Source of the DNA: Rhabdochlamydiaceae bacterium
GTDB taxonomy: Bacteria; Chlamydiota; Chlamydiia; Chlamydiales; Rhabdochlamydiaceae
Direction: 5' to 3'
Length of the DNA stretch: 64,000 nt
NCBI GenBank assembly: GCA_047459655.1
Contig: JAJREF010000003.1
Location: 1 to 64,000 of the forward strand
Position 1 is the first letter of the stretch. Each line of letters begins with the position of its first letter. The position numbers and the translations under genes are program-made. Below are positions 35,706 through 46,405 of this stretch, one piece after another. The notes under the pieces were generated by a model. The model made no database searches, had not been told where the DNA came from, and saw nothing but the letters and a program-made list of their open reading frames with translations.

Positions 35706-36927
35706 TCTTTATGACGTCACTGATTTTCCGATGTTGCAGAAAAAAGTCCATGGGAAACCGCTTGTCTATTTTGATTCAGCAGCAACTTCTTTAAAACCTC
35801 GTTCCGTTATTGATGCCATCAGCCAGTTTTATGGAGAAGAGTATGGAACTGTGCATCGAGCTGTTTATGCTCTTTCTCTTGCGTCTACGGCTCTTTATAG
35901 TGGCGTACGCAAGCAGGTGCAAAAATTTCTGAATGCTGCTCATGAAGAGGAGATCATCTTCACAAAAGGGACTACAGAAGCCATTAATCTTGTAGCAGCC
36001 TCTTTTGGAAAGGCCTTTTTAAAGCCTGGAGATGAGGTGATCATATCAGAGATGGAACACCACTCCAATATTGTGCCTTGGCAGCTGATTTGTGAAGACA
36101 AAGGCGCTGTTTTAAAAGTCATTCCTATCACAGATAATGGGGAGCTTGATTTAGAGGCTTATCTTACTTTATTATCTGAGCATACAAAGATTGTTGCTAT
36201 TACGCATATGTCTAATGCAATTGGAACAATCAACCCCATCAAGAAAATCATTGCCTTAGCCCATGAGTGGGGGGCAAAAGTTCTTATCGATGGAGCTCAA
36301 TCAGCGCCTCATATTCCTATCGATGTCCAAGATCTAGATGCCGATTTTTTTGCTTTTTCTGGGCATAAAGCTTTTGGCCCAACAGGTATTGGTGTACTAT
36401 ATGGTAAAAGAGAACTCTTAGACAAAATGCCTCCTTATCAAGGAGGTGGGGATATGATTGCGAATGTATCTTTCCAGAAAACAACCTATCAGGCATTACC
36501 GCTAAAATTTGAAGCAGGGACTCCTATGATTGCTTCTGTAATTGGCCTTGGAAAAGCTTTAAGTTATATTGAAAAAGTAGGGAAGCTGAATAGTATCCGT
36601 TATGAAGAAGAACTAATGCTCTATGTTACAGAGCAACTCCAAGAGATCCCTAATTTAAAGATCATCGGAACAGCTAAATACAAAGGTCCAATTATTAGCT
36701 TTGTAATCCCTCAGATACATCCTTCTGATTTAGGTGTGCTTCTTGATTTACGGGGAATTGCTGTCCGCACAGGGCATCATTGCGCGCAACCCCTCATGCA
36801 AAGATTTAACATTCCAGGTACTGTGCGCCTTTCTTTTGCACCTTACAATACGATCGAAGAAATAGATTTTTTTGTAAAAACTCTTAAAGAAATTGTACAA
36901 CTTATACCGGTCTCTCCTGAAAAGTAA
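35683..36927 (+). CDS. sufS: Cysteine desulfurase SufS
   Basis: YFDSAATS, EHHSN, FSGHK, FEAGTP, RTGHHCAQP. Confidence 0.97.
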   Translation: MLKTPSCSLYDVTDFPMLQKKVHGKPLVYFDSAATSLKPRSVIDAISQFYGEEYGTVHRAVYALSLASTALYSGVRKQVQKFLNAAHEEEIIFTKGTTEAINLVAASFGKAFLKPGDEVIISEMEHHSNIVPWQLICEDKGAVLKVIPITDNGELDLEAYLTLLSEHTKIVAITHMSNAIGTINPIKKIIALAHEWGAKVLIDGAQSAPHIPIDVQDLDADFFAFSGHKAFGPTGIGVLYGKRELLDKMPPYQGGGDMIANVSFQKTTYQALPLKFEAGTPMIASVIGLGKALSYIEKVGKLNSIRYEEELMLYVTEQLQEIPNLKIIGTAKYKGPIISFVIPQIHPSDLGVLLDLRGIAVRTGHHCAQPLMQRFNIPGTVRLSFAPYNTIEEIDFFVKTLKEIVQLIPVSPEK

Positions 36928-36931
36928 AGAT

Positions 36932-37011
36932 TAGACCTCTTTCGAAATTATAATGGCCTGTATTTGAGTTCTTTTTTCCTAGTTGGAAGATCGATTTGTG
37001 GGTCATATTAA
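36932..37011. repeat. Left arm of AGACCTCT-family palindromic MITE
   Basis: Near-identical to the left arm starting at 40806; broken at the hairpin apex. Confidence 0.85.
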
Positions 37012-37251
37012 GGGCCTGTTTAGAAAAAGCCTGATTTAAAAATTGTTCAAAACAAATTTTTTACAAAAACACTAAAAGCAAAAGTTTTTCACCTTATGAC
37101 ATCAGATGAACGTTGCAGTTTGTCTTTTTTCCAAATTTTGCCAATTTTTGGCGAAATCTGGGCAGCACGGAGCCCTACGATCTCTGCTGAATAACCAGAT
37201 CGTGCAAAGAAATCAGCCTTTTAAAATTAAATACCAAGGCTTGCATAAATC

Positions 37252-37350
37252 CTTGTCTATGGTGTTTTTTAACACAAAAGAACAACACGGAGGAGCATAT
37301 ACCTAAAGGCTACCATCATCTGACTAGACATAAGCGATGTCAGTTGTATA
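37252..37350 (+). pseudogene. IS30-like left end and transposase N-terminal fragment
   Basis: RBS ggagga then PKGYHHLTRHKRCQLYT. Confidence 0.55.
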
Positions 37351-37479
37351 CGGCATCTCACTCTCCGGACTACCTATCCTAAATTATTTTTTATTGTTTG
37401 CCTCATTAAAGGCAGTAATCAGGCGATCTTTCAAGTCGACAAAAAAGGCCTTTTCTCTAGATTGTAAAGTTAAGGTTAA

Positions 37480-37861
37480 GCGAATGAACTGCAGATTGAG
37501 ATTCATGTATGTCACTTTCCTCCCGGAACGAGTAAGTGGAACAAAATAGAACACAAAATGTTCAGCTATATCACGTTAAATTGGAGAGGGGTTCCCCTGG
37601 TGAGTCGAGAGGCCGTGGTACAGTTGATTGGCAATACAACTGCGACCAAGGGTCTGAAAATTAACTCGCAGATAGATTACAGGAAGTATGAGAAGGGTAG
37701 AGAAGTTAGCGACGAGGATTTTGAGAGTATAGGGATCACTCGCGACAAATTTCATGGGGAATGGAATTACCGAATCGAACCTATGGTTAGAGTTACGATT
37801 TCTCCATGAAAAACAGTATTTTTTCTCTATGCGGCTCTAAAAGTTATTTTTTGACAACGCC
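37480..37861 (+). pseudogene. ISAzo13-family transposase C-terminal fragment and right end
   Basis: VCHFPPGT..KWNKIEHKMFSYITLNWRGVPL..FHGEWNY. Confidence 0.85.
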
Positions 37862-38157
37862 TAAGTCCTCCATCCATTGCAGAACAAGGGCTGCAAATCC
37901 CGATTCAATATGATAACCCTTTCTTCCCAACGTCTCATGAAACAAATTCCTAAGAGGCTTGCAAAGCTCTTTAAAATCTATAGCTGCTAAAAGTTTTCTG
38001 TAGGGATGATTGGGGAGAACCAGCTCTTCAATGTGAGTCTCAAACATATCTTGCACCTTATTTTTAATGATTTTGAACATGCGCAAGATTTTAAACAAAT
38101 AATCTTAACATCGAAACTTTTTTCTGAATTCTTCTACTTTTTCAACAGGCCCATTAA

Positions 38158-38319
38158 GGAAGCTCTCGACAAGTCATTTGCCGAATCTTGCTGTCAATTT
38201 TTGCGAACACTAGATTTTTCTAACTTGCTAACATTCTGGATGTTAGCTGCGCTTTCCAAAATCGTCGTCTTCGAAAAACTGATCAGCAATCTCCGAAAAA
38301 GCACTTGTCCAGAGGTTCC
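38158..38319. repeat. 162-bp MITE (GGAACCTCTG family)
   Basis: Homologous to 24709-24870; TTAA on both sides. Confidence 0.9.
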
Positions 38320-38336
38320 TTAATACGCAACAGGTT

Positions 38337-40330
38337 TATTTCCAAAAAGAAGCAAAAATCGACAAAAATTTATTATCTTAATAGTTTCTTGTAATAATTA
38401 AAAATTTAATTATATAAATATATTAAATTAACATTAATTTCATTATAGATTGTTTTATATAAACAAATTTAATGTTATAATTAGTTGTTTTTATTAAATA
38501 TAATATATAAAAAAGGTGTTTATAATAATTATGGAAACAACTTTGTTAAGTCCAGCTTCATTAAGTCCCACTTTAACTCCAGCTTTCTTTACAGGAGAAG
38601 AATCTTCTGAACAACAAGCAGCACTTCCTTTGGTTGAATCACCTAGGTTAGCTGAATTCCCACCAGAAATTTTAGCTAAAATATTTGAATGGGTTTTTTA
38701 TAGATCAAATTCACACATAGAAGGAAATCAAAGCATTTGTGCTATAAAAGAAACTTGTCGAAGATTTTATTTTGAAATACAAAATTCTCTTTTATCTCTG
38801 GACGGAAAGATCTTGGGTATGCAAGAAACTCTTGGTGCTCAGGCTCTTGTTTTAACTCCTGCTTTATCCTTGCCACGTGCTTTAGATTATTGTTCAAAGC
38901 TTTCTGATATATATCATTATAAGGTTCTTGTTTTTAGATTATTTAGGCAGCTGTTCCCTAAGGAGATAACAAGTTTATCCGATGAATCTGTGGAAAAGGT
39001 TGGAGGGGCTGTAAAAAAGGAATTAAAAAGGTTAATTAAGCCCCATTTAAAGATGGAAATGGATATTCAGGCAGTCCTTGATAGCGCCCCTTTTATATCG
39101 GGTAGGATTTGTAGAACAATAAAAGATCATATGGGAGCTCTACCCTTGCTACAGTGTGCTGCTTTGGGAAATTCGCAACACCCAGAGGTTGTTGCTTATG
39201 TAGTTAATAACTCCAGTAGCTTGGAGTTAGGAGGGGCTATATTTGGTCTTTTAGCAGAAATGGCAGCGCGTAACCCAGTTCCTACAGATGCAGACGTCCA
39301 AATTCGAAACATTATAGATAGATGCCTAAGAACATCTATTTGGTAGCGTAATACTATTTCCAAAAAGAAGTGAAAATCGACAAAAATTTATTATCCGAAT
39401 AGTTTCTTGTAATAATTAAAAATTTAATTATTTAAATATATTAAATTAATATTAACTTCATTATGTGTTGTTTTATATAAACACATTTAATGTTATAATT
39501 AGTTGTTTTTTATTAAATATAATATATAAAAAGGTAATTATAATAATTATGGAAACAGCTTTATTAAGTCCAGCTTCATTAAGTCCAGCTTTCTTTACAG
39601 GAGGAGAATCTTCTGAACAACAAGCAGCGCTTCCTTTGGTTGAATCACCTAGGTTAGCTGAATTCCCACCAGAAATTTTAGCTAAAATATTTGAATGGGT
39701 TGTTTATAGATCAAGTTCACCAGCAGAAGAAAATCAAAACATTCTTGCTTTAAGTAAAACTTGTCGAAGATTTAATGCTCAGATGGAAAGTATTCTTTCA
39801 GATCTGGCATGTCTAAACAGAAAGATCTTGGGTATGCAAGAAACTCTTGGTGCTCAGGCTCTTGTTTTAACTCCTGCTTTATCCTTGCCACCTGCTTCGG
39901 GTTATCGTTCAAAGCTTTCTGATATATATCATTATGAAGGTCTTGTTTTTAGATTATTTAGGCAGCTGTTTCCTGAGGAGGCAATAAGTTTATCCAACAA
40001 ATTTTTAGAAAAGGCTGTAGGGGCTGTAGAAAAGGAATTAAAAAGGTTAATTAAGCCCCATTTAAAGATGGAAATGGATGTCCAGGCAGTCCTTGCTAGC
40101 GCCCCTTTCATACCGGGTCGTATTTGTAGAACAATAAAAGATCATATGGAAGCTCTACCCTTGCTACAGTGGGCTACTTTGGGAAATCCACAGCACCCGG
40201 AAGTTGTCGAGTTTTTGATGCGTGATCCTATTAGTGCACAAGAGATACATCGTTTTATACCTAATCTTTTATCAAAAATGGCAGCGCGTAATGAAGTTCC
40301 TGCAGAGACAGATGTGCAAATTGTAAACAG
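38337..40330 (+). repeat. Tandem ~1-kb duplication of AT-rich upstream region plus F-box gene
   Basis: tatttccaaaaagaag..atggaaaca..gaattcccaccagaaatt recurs ~1.02 kb downstream. Confidence 0.9.
38531..39346 (+). CDS. F-box-like effector candidate (shorter paralog)
   Basis: LAEFPPEILAKIFEW..ETCRRFY. Confidence 0.75.
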   Translation: METTLLSPASLSPTLTPAFFTGEESSEQQAALPLVESPRLAEFPPEILAKIFEWVFYRSNSHIEGNQSICAIKETCRRFYFEIQNSLLSLDGKILGMQETLGAQALVLTPALSLPRALDYCSKLSDIYHYKVLVFRLFRQLFPKEITSLSDESVEKVGGAVKKELKRLIKPHLKMEMDIQAVLDSAPFISGRICRTIKDHMGALPLLQCAALGNSQHPEVVAYVVNNSSSLELGGAIFGLLAEMAARNPVPTDADVQIRNIIDRCLRTSIW

Positions 40331-40805
40331 TTTATATAGACACTCAGTAGAACGACTTTTAAAGGCCCATTTCTGTTTTTCGGGAATGTATGAATATGGG
40401 GAACCAGATGAGAGAGTCGTTTATATAGAACAAGCTTTGCTCAAATTAGGCGGTAAATTTACAGCTAAAAATTGGGAGAGTGCATGCGAGTTTTCTAAGC
40501 CTGTTAAGCATAATGAGTTGTTTTTAGCAGAGCTATTTTCTATTCTGGGTGAGCGTTGTGCTCATTTTACACACCCAAGAGACATTAAATGCATTGATTC
40601 GGGGCTGAAAGCCTTGATATGGGCTCGCCTCTCAGTCAAGGAGCTAGATTTGACTTCTAAAATAAAAGCGTTTTTACCAAGAGAGCGCTTTAATAATATT
40701 CTAAGAGAAATTCAAAATACTTATACAGAAAGGGGCTTCCCTTATCAGTGGGATCGATTTATAAAACCTTTTGAATCAAAAGAGCGTTGCAAATTTCCTT
40801 TCTAA
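39549..40805 (+). CDS. F-box-like effector candidate (longer paralog)
   Basis: LAEFPPEILAKIFEW..LSKTCRRFN; ATG 39549 matches paralog start. Confidence 0.78.
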   Translation: METALLSPASLSPAFFTGGESSEQQAALPLVESPRLAEFPPEILAKIFEWVVYRSSSPAEENQNILALSKTCRRFNAQMESILSDLACLNRKILGMQETLGAQALVLTPALSLPPASGYRSKLSDIYHYEGLVFRLFRQLFPEEAISLSNKFLEKAVGAVEKELKRLIKPHLKMEMDVQAVLASAPFIPGRICRTIKDHMEALPLLQWATLGNPQHPEVVEFLMRDPISAQEIHRFIPNLLSKMAARNEVPAETDVQIVNSLYRHSVERLLKAHFCFSGMYEYGEPDERVVYIEQALLKLGGKFTAKNWESACEFSKPVKHNELFLAELFSILGERCAHFTHPRDIKCIDSGLKALIWARLSVKELDLTSKIKAFLPRERFNNILREIQNTYTERGFPYQWDRFIKPFESKERCKFPF

Positions 40806-41661
40806 TAGACCTCTTTCGAAATTATAATGGCCTGTATTTGAGATTATTTTTCCGCTAGTTGAAAGATCGATTTGTAGGTCATATTGGCTTAATATGACCT
40901 ACGTGCGACCGGTATGTCGCTAAACTAGAGGGTGAAAGTCCCTTACGGGCTCTTGTAAGGAGAACCGTTAGAGAAGGCAAGGGTGTCCACCGCGAGGTGG
41001 AATCTGAAGAAAGCCGTATACAAAATGCTGACCTGACGAACAGGAAGCGCATATGAGGCAGTGACTCTTGGATGAGAATGCGTAGAAATTCAAAGTCCAA
41101 TACTTACATAGAAGGGTCCATGTAGATGCGACAGGCTAGCAGGAAAGTGTTGTGAATTACCCGGTGAGATCTGCATTCATGCCCGACTATTACCCGACAC
41201 AAGAGGGGAACGACGGAGCTAGCGGAGTCTCTGAGAGATGCCGTGAAAGGTGCAGAAGTCAGCAGACGGCATAGTAATTCGTCGAAAGACGATGAAGGCC
41301 TGAACATGAAAACGAAGGGAAGAATCTAACCCTCTATGGGAACAAGGGTCACAGAAACGAAAAGGCCAAAACAAAGGACTCAGGACGGAATCCTGTACCC
41401 CCTCTGTATGGTGTGATGGTTGACTGGACGGGAAAGAAATTCGAACCTACCTGGCTGGGAAGGATACTGTTGATGCGATGCATACAACAACAGGACGATC
41501 GGCTAGGTCATAGTGATCATGAACCGCCGTATACGGTCCCGTACGTACGGTGGTGTGCGAGGACGGGAGCCTAATGGCTCCCTCCTACGCGATAAATCGA
41601 TCTTCCAACTAGCGGAAAAAGAACTCAAATCCAAGAGCATTAGAATTTCGAAAGAGGTCTA
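40806..41661. repeat. 165-bp palindromic MITE (AGACCTCT family) hosting a group II intron
   Basis: Arms 40806-40902 and 41594-41661 rejoin into one long palindrome (tagacctctttcgaaatt..aatttcgaaagaggtcta). Confidence 0.9.
40903..41593 (+). mobile_element. ORF-less class C (IIC) group II intron, 691 nt
   Basis: 5' GTGCG, gggtgaaagtccc, aagggtgtcc..gaatctgaag, agaagtcagcaga, D5 accgccgtatacggtcccgtacgtacggtggt (CGC triad), D6 ending ctacgcgat; EBS1 GTAG (41082-85) pairs with IBS1 CTAC. Confidence 0.95.
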
Positions 41662-41674
41662 ATATAAAAAAGAA

Positions 41675-41703
41675 ATCCCGCTTAGATATTATCTAAGCGG
41701 GAT
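41675..41703 (-). terminator. Rho-independent terminator of the porin gene
   Basis: atcccgcttagat/atctaagcgggat stem followed by a U-tract on the minus strand. Confidence 0.8.
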
Positions 41704-41734
41704 ATTAGTTCCACACTTTTAAGTTAAACTTCGA

Positions 41735-42835
41735 TTAGAAATCGAAACCAACTTTGAATGAAGCTCCAGTTACAGCGAGATCGCCATTTTTGCCGAAGTT
41801 GTTAACATCTAAGTTACTGAATAGATGTTCTTCCCAGGCACCTTGAATGCGCAATCTGTATCTGTCATTGTCAAACATATAGTCCCAACGGAGGCCGATA
41901 GCTAGATCAGTGATTCCTCTCACTGTATTCCACTTATCAGATATCGCAGCGCGGGTATATTTATTACCAACTGATGTATAATCAACTTCGTATGAACTTA
42001 CGGAATTTCTGCCGTAAACGAGAGCTTGATCAATCATGCCGAATAGGCTCCATCCGTCACCAAAGCCCCACTGGGTCTTCAATCCTGCATAGATACCACC
42101 AGCATTGTAGCTACCACTTGAGTGTGTAGATACTTTAGTTGTGTTGCTAGCAAGACCTGTTGGAACGGCTAGTATGTTAATAGCGTTCACAGTCAAGTTT
42201 CTTTCAATCCATACTCCACGAGCACCGATACATGGACGTAAGACCAACCATTTGCTGATAAAGAACTCTCTTCCGAGGTCTAGATCACCGATGTTCATGA
42301 GCACACGTCTATGAGAATTGAGAGCGCCTGACTCTATAGTGATGAAGGGGCTATTTGTAGCACTTACTGGAGCAACAGTGGAGAAGAAGCCGTGTATTCC
42401 GCCAAGAGGAGTTCCAACGCTTCTGTCGTTTGTATGAGATGGCTTAAGCCAAGTCCATTGTGCTTGGAGATCCCATCCATCATGACCCATAGCGTATCCA
42501 GCGTCTACTCTAACGCCCCATGTCCAATCGTATTGTTGTTCAGAAACGCTGAAGCTAGCAGGATAAGTTGTAGGTGCTGAACCTTGTAATCCTACGTTTT
42601 CAGAGTCTTCTGTAACACGCATGTAGAGAGCTTCTATTCCAAAAGAGAAATCAACACCTTGCACAGCAGGATTTACAGGAGGTGTAATCATCCCCATCGA
42701 TCCTTTTTGCTTTTGCGCGTCCATGTTGGGCTTTGAGCGATTCATATCTGCATTGTCTGCAGCATTAATAAAACTTGTAGCAAGTACAAGAGACACAGCT
42801 AATGCAGGCCACATCTTTTTCGAGTTACGATTCAT
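41735..42835 (-). CDS. MOMP-like (Lpg1974-type) outer-membrane porin
   Basis: Signal peptide, ITPPVNP, WGVRVDAGY..HDGWD, DLDLGREF, GAWEEH, ends GFDF. Confidence 0.88.
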   Translation of the reverse strand: MNRNSKKMWPALAVSLVLATSFINAADNADMNRSKPNMDAQKQKGSMGMITPPVNPAVQGVDFSFGIEALYMRVTEDSENVGLQGSAPTTYPASFSVSEQQYDWTWGVRVDAGYAMGHDGWDLQAQWTWLKPSHTNDRSVGTPLGGIHGFFSTVAPVSATNSPFITIESGALNSHRRVLMNIGDLDLGREFFISKWLVLRPCIGARGVWIERNLTVNAINILAVPTGLASNTTKVSTHSSGSYNAGGIYAGLKTQWGFGDGWSLFGMIDQALVYGRNSVSSYEVDYTSVGNKYTRAAISDKWNTVRGITDLAIGLRWDYMFDNDRYRLRIQGAWEEHLFSNLDVNNFGKNGDLAVTGASFKVGFDF

Positions 42836-42999
42836 ATAACCTCCATGAAATCGTTGTCTTTATTTCTGTAATGTAGATTTATATTTATTTTCAGTCAATC
42901 ACTTTTCCAAAAAAATATACGAGGAGTAGAAATTTCATAGAGAATTTTTAAGGAGATTTTATTTTCAAAAACAAGAAAAACTCATTTTTTCTTCTGTTT

Positions 43000-43872
43000 T
43001 TATCCTTTTGGAATGGAATTGATGAGTTGGTCGAGAGTTGTAAGCCAAAGAAGGGATTGTTTAGCAACTTGTTGCAGAATAAAAAACCATCCCGCCCAAA
43101 GCATTGCAAGGCCAAGAAGAGATTTAAGAGCCATCCCAAGAAAAGCAATTTGCACTTGAGGTGCTAGACGGTTAGCAATTCCTAAGAACATTTCAGCCAT
43201 CAAAATAGCAAGAATCGAAGGGGCTGCAAGCTGAATAGAGAGAGCTGTAAACTTTGTAAGAAGGGTAAAAAGCACTTTCCAAAAATGTCCTCCTGTGTTG
43301 AAAAAGGAGGCGCTAATAAATCCATCGACAGGGATCAAAGTATAAGAATTGAGAAGTCCTTGGAGAAAAATAAAAGGGCCATCGATTTGATAAAATAAGA
43401 CAACAAAGATGTAGTTGTATAAAACCCCAATGGGAGAGACCTGATTCTGCATGAGGGGATCTGTAACCATTAGCGCAGAAGAGCCACGTAAAAAATCGAT
43501 GAGGATACCTGAGGCTTGTACGATTTGAAAAGGGATTGTGACTAAGAAAGCAATCATAAAGCCGATAAAGAGCTCTTTTAGAGCAAATAGAGCAAAGGTC
43601 TGATCAAACGCAGGCGCTGGTCTTGCGGAAGTTGCGATGAGGTGGGGCAAAATGATTGCTGTTAATGCAATCAAAAGGCCCATTTTGACAGGAAGGGGCA
43701 GTTTAGCACCTAAAAATGGTGCAATGGCAACAATAGGAGCAATGCGCATCAATCCTAAAAAAAAAGTCGATAAAATAGAAGCAGGAGGAACATCAGAAAA
43801 GCTCAACAAGAAAGTGAGGTAATCAGAGGTATCTACCACTGGACTAATAACTCCACTTGTGGAAATTCTCAA
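43000..43872 (-). CDS. sctT: T3SS export apparatus SctT
   Basis: RIAPIVAIAPFLG, KELFIG, NRLAPQVQ. Confidence 0.95.
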   Translation of the reverse strand: MRISTSGVISPVVDTSDYLTFLLSFSDVPPASILSTFFLGLMRIAPIVAIAPFLGAKLPLPVKMGLLIALTAIILPHLIATSARPAPAFDQTFALFALKELFIGFMIAFLVTIPFQIVQASGILIDFLRGSSALMVTDPLMQNQVSPIGVLYNYIFVVLFYQIDGPFIFLQGLLNSYTLIPVDGFISASFFNTGGHFWKVLFTLLTKFTALSIQLAAPSILAILMAEMFLGIANRLAPQVQIAFLGMALKSLLGLAMLWAGWFFILQQVAKQSLLWLTTLDQLINSIPKG

Positions 43873-44110
43873 AAATCGTGTTGGTAAACTGTAAAATTTG
43901 CCCCAGCCATCCTCCCATCAAAAGGAGCGTCCCAATCACAGCGACTAATTTTACGGTAAAAGAGAGGGTTTGTTCTTGAATTTGTGTAGCAGCTTGGAAG
44001 ACAGCAACTAGAAGGCCAACTACCATGCTAATGAGAATGGGGGGTCCTGACAAAATCAAGATCATCAGAAGCGCTTGGTAAGAGAGTTGATAAATTTCTG
44101 CAGAAAACAT
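43844..44110 (-). CDS. sctS: T3SS export apparatus SctS
   Basis: FQAATQIQEQTLSFTVK. Confidence 0.96.
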   Translation of the reverse strand: MFSAEIYQLSYQALLMILILSGPPILISMVVGLLVAVFQAATQIQEQTLSFTVKLVAVIGTLLLMGGWLGQILQFTNTIFENFHKWSY

Positions 44111-44117
44111 ATTTTTT

Positions 44118-44915
44118 TTACCTAAATGTCAGCACTAGACCTTGAATAATCAGAGTCCATCCATCGACCATTACGATGAGCAGTAGTTTCAGAGGAAGCG
44201 CAATTGTGAGAGGGGAGAGCATCATCATTCCCATCGCAAGCAAAATATTGGATGTAACAAGATCGATCACAAAAAAGGGAAGATAGATCAATACTCCAAT
44301 TTCAAAAGCAGATTTTAGCTGAGATGTGATGAATGCTGGGATGAGCACAATGAAATCGGTGTTTTTAAGTGAGGTTTTGTACTCTTCTGGAAATGAGCGG
44401 TAAGCCAACTGGTAAAAACTCGTCATATGCTTTCCAATGGTATTTCTCTGTAGAAAGTCGCGCAAAGGGCCTTTTCCTGCATTGACGATATTCAACAGAT
44501 ACTGAGATCCTTCAGAGGAAATAAGCGCGCTCGGAGGTTTTTCGTTGATCTCTTTGGATGCTGCATTATACATGGCAAGTCCTGTAGGGAACATAACATA
44601 GATTGTCATGAGTAGTGCAATGCCATTCAGTACTTGGTTAGGTGGAGATTGCTGTACGCCTAAGGCGTTTCTTAATAGGGCTAACACGATGACAATCTTA
44701 ACATAAGAAGTCAGCAGCATGACAACAAAAGGAAGGATGGCAAGGCCCGTGATGACAGCGAGTTCTGAAGTAAGGGAGGGAGGAGGTTTTTCGTCAAAGA
44801 CAGAGGAGCTATTTCCTAACATCGAGTCGAAAGGGGATGTCTCTCCTTCTGCAAAGAGGGCGCCTGCTAAAAAAATAAAGCACAAAAGAAGCAATTTTAA
44901 CGTATTATTTTTCAT
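44118..44915 (-). CDS. sctR: T3SS export apparatus SctR
   Basis: RNALGVQQSPPNQVLNG, AFEIG..YLPF, LAMGMMMLSP, VDGW. Confidence 0.97.
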   Translation of the reverse strand: MKNNTLKLLLLCFIFLAGALFAEGETSPFDSMLGNSSSVFDEKPPPSLTSELAVITGLAILPFVVMLLTSYVKIVIVLALLRNALGVQQSPPNQVLNGIALLMTIYVMFPTGLAMYNAASKEINEKPPSALISSEGSQYLLNIVNAGKGPLRDFLQRNTIGKHMTSFYQLAYRSFPEEYKTSLKNTDFIVLIPAFITSQLKSAFEIGVLIYLPFFVIDLVTSNILLAMGMMMLSPLTIALPLKLLLIVMVDGWTLIIQGLVLTFR

Positions 44916-45540
44916 GATGGGTGTTTTACAAATCTTTCAAAAGCAGCTTCTAAGGCGCGCCATTGATTGTCGACAGCTGCATTGATGATACCAGATTCAG
45001 TTTCTCATAATACAGCCTCCAGGGGCAATATCATCTCGATCTTTGATAAGAAGAGACTCGACATGTTCGAGCTTTTCTTTGATGGAGGTTTTTTCTTTCA
45101 AGAACGTCTTTATCGGCTTTATTAATCCAGATCGTAATACGATGGTTTTGCATCGCAGGAGATAAAGCCTGCATGACGATGCTGACAATCGCATCGGGAT
45201 GGGTTTCTAACTCTTTTCCCACAATTTTTTTTGCAGCTTTCAGGGCTAGAGGCAGGATCAGTTGATTCATTTCATGGCGAAGGTGTTTTTTTTCTTGGTC
45301 TTAGCTCGAGAATTTTTTCATTCAGCTGGGCAAGACCTTCTTCAAAGCGATCTTTAATTGCCTGCTGCCTTAGTGTTTCGCAGTCAGCAGCATTTTTTTG
45401 AGCAAGGAGTCTACATCTTCTTGAGCTTTTGCTAAAATTTCACTGGCAGATAAAAGGGAGGTAAAATCTTCTGAGGCGATGACCTTCTTTCCAGCTTCAG
45501 GGCGGATGTCTTTTTTAATGAGGGAAAATAATCTACTCAT
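44912..45540 (-). CDS. sctL: T3SS stator SctL, several frameshifts
   Basis: MSRYFSLIK..KKVIASEDF; LALKAAKKIVGKEL; RDDIAPGGCI; position before sctR. Confidence 0.85.
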
Positions 45541-46405
45541 GGCTGTGCCTCATAAAAGATAAGATTTCAAAGATTTGGAAGGTCAAAGTTTGTATAGCTG
45601 TGGAGTTGTCAAGGGGGGTATGTAGTTTTTGAAATAGGGAAGCCTGATCAGCTTCTAGCTTATGCGTCAAATACCATATAAAACTGCTATCTTGACTGTA
45701 GGCGGCTTTCGCTAGCCTATTCATGCCACGCTGAGAAATAAGCTGTCTTAAGGCTTCTACATCTCCATTCCACTTGGCAAGACCCATTTTAGCAAAGATA
45801 ACAGGCTCTCTGCTCTGCAATAATATTTTTATATACCCTTGTTCGGTCGGTGAAAGCGATGCTTGGATTCTTTTCGAGCTTAGCGGTTTCAATGATATGT
45901 TTCATGTCAATCGCAAGATCGTGCAGCCCCAAGAAAGCAATCAGCTGGTTTAGGTCAGAAAGTGGCAAGCGTAAAAGAGCATTCAAGGAAGAGCTCAGGC
46001 AAGCATTCGGGAGGTAAGAGGTCAGATTTTCTCCCTAGAAGCTCTTCTAGTAATATCTTTTGCAAAAATAGCTTTCCAGACGAGCTAAGCGTAGTTTTTC
46101 CATCAGATAAAAGAAGCATTTTTTTAAGCCCGCTGCTTGCTCTTCTGTAAGTGCTGAGAGAAAAAGTCTGATATCTTTTCAGACAGTGTACGGAGATAGG
46201 GGGCAAACCACGAGAAGTGGATCAGAGATAAAATTGTTTGTGGAGGAGAAAACCCCTTAGAAGGTTCCCCATATGTTTTGGGAAGGGAGCCTAACAAAGA
46301 TTTTTCTTTATCTCCCAAGCATTTCCACAACCCCTCTTTTTTAAGCGGGGGGCATTGGCCAAGAAAGGAGTTAAAGGCAATCAAACTACTGTGCTTCATT
46401 GTCAT
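45533..46405 (-). CDS. T3SS protein between sctJ and sctL (SctK/CT560-like), several frameshifts
   Basis: Fragments IHFSWFAPYL, LLPPECLP, FLGLHDLA, RGMNRLAKA; synteny. Confidence 0.75.

Larger units (their letters stand above)
37012..38152 (-). mobile_element. Internally rearranged copy of the GGGCCTGTT IS5 element
   Basis: Ends match 5251-5494 and ~6187-6476; 5-bp TSD attaa; interior replaced by other IS fragments. Confidence 0.9.

Noticed and set aside
40879..41307. Short minus-strand ORFs (73 and 67 aa); likewise ORF 2597..2956
   Set aside because: They overlap structured RNA elements and carry no protein motifs
44912..46405. T3SS pseudogenisation
   Set aside because: Flanking sctJ/R/S/T are intact and similar indels occur window-wide; local sequence error is more likely
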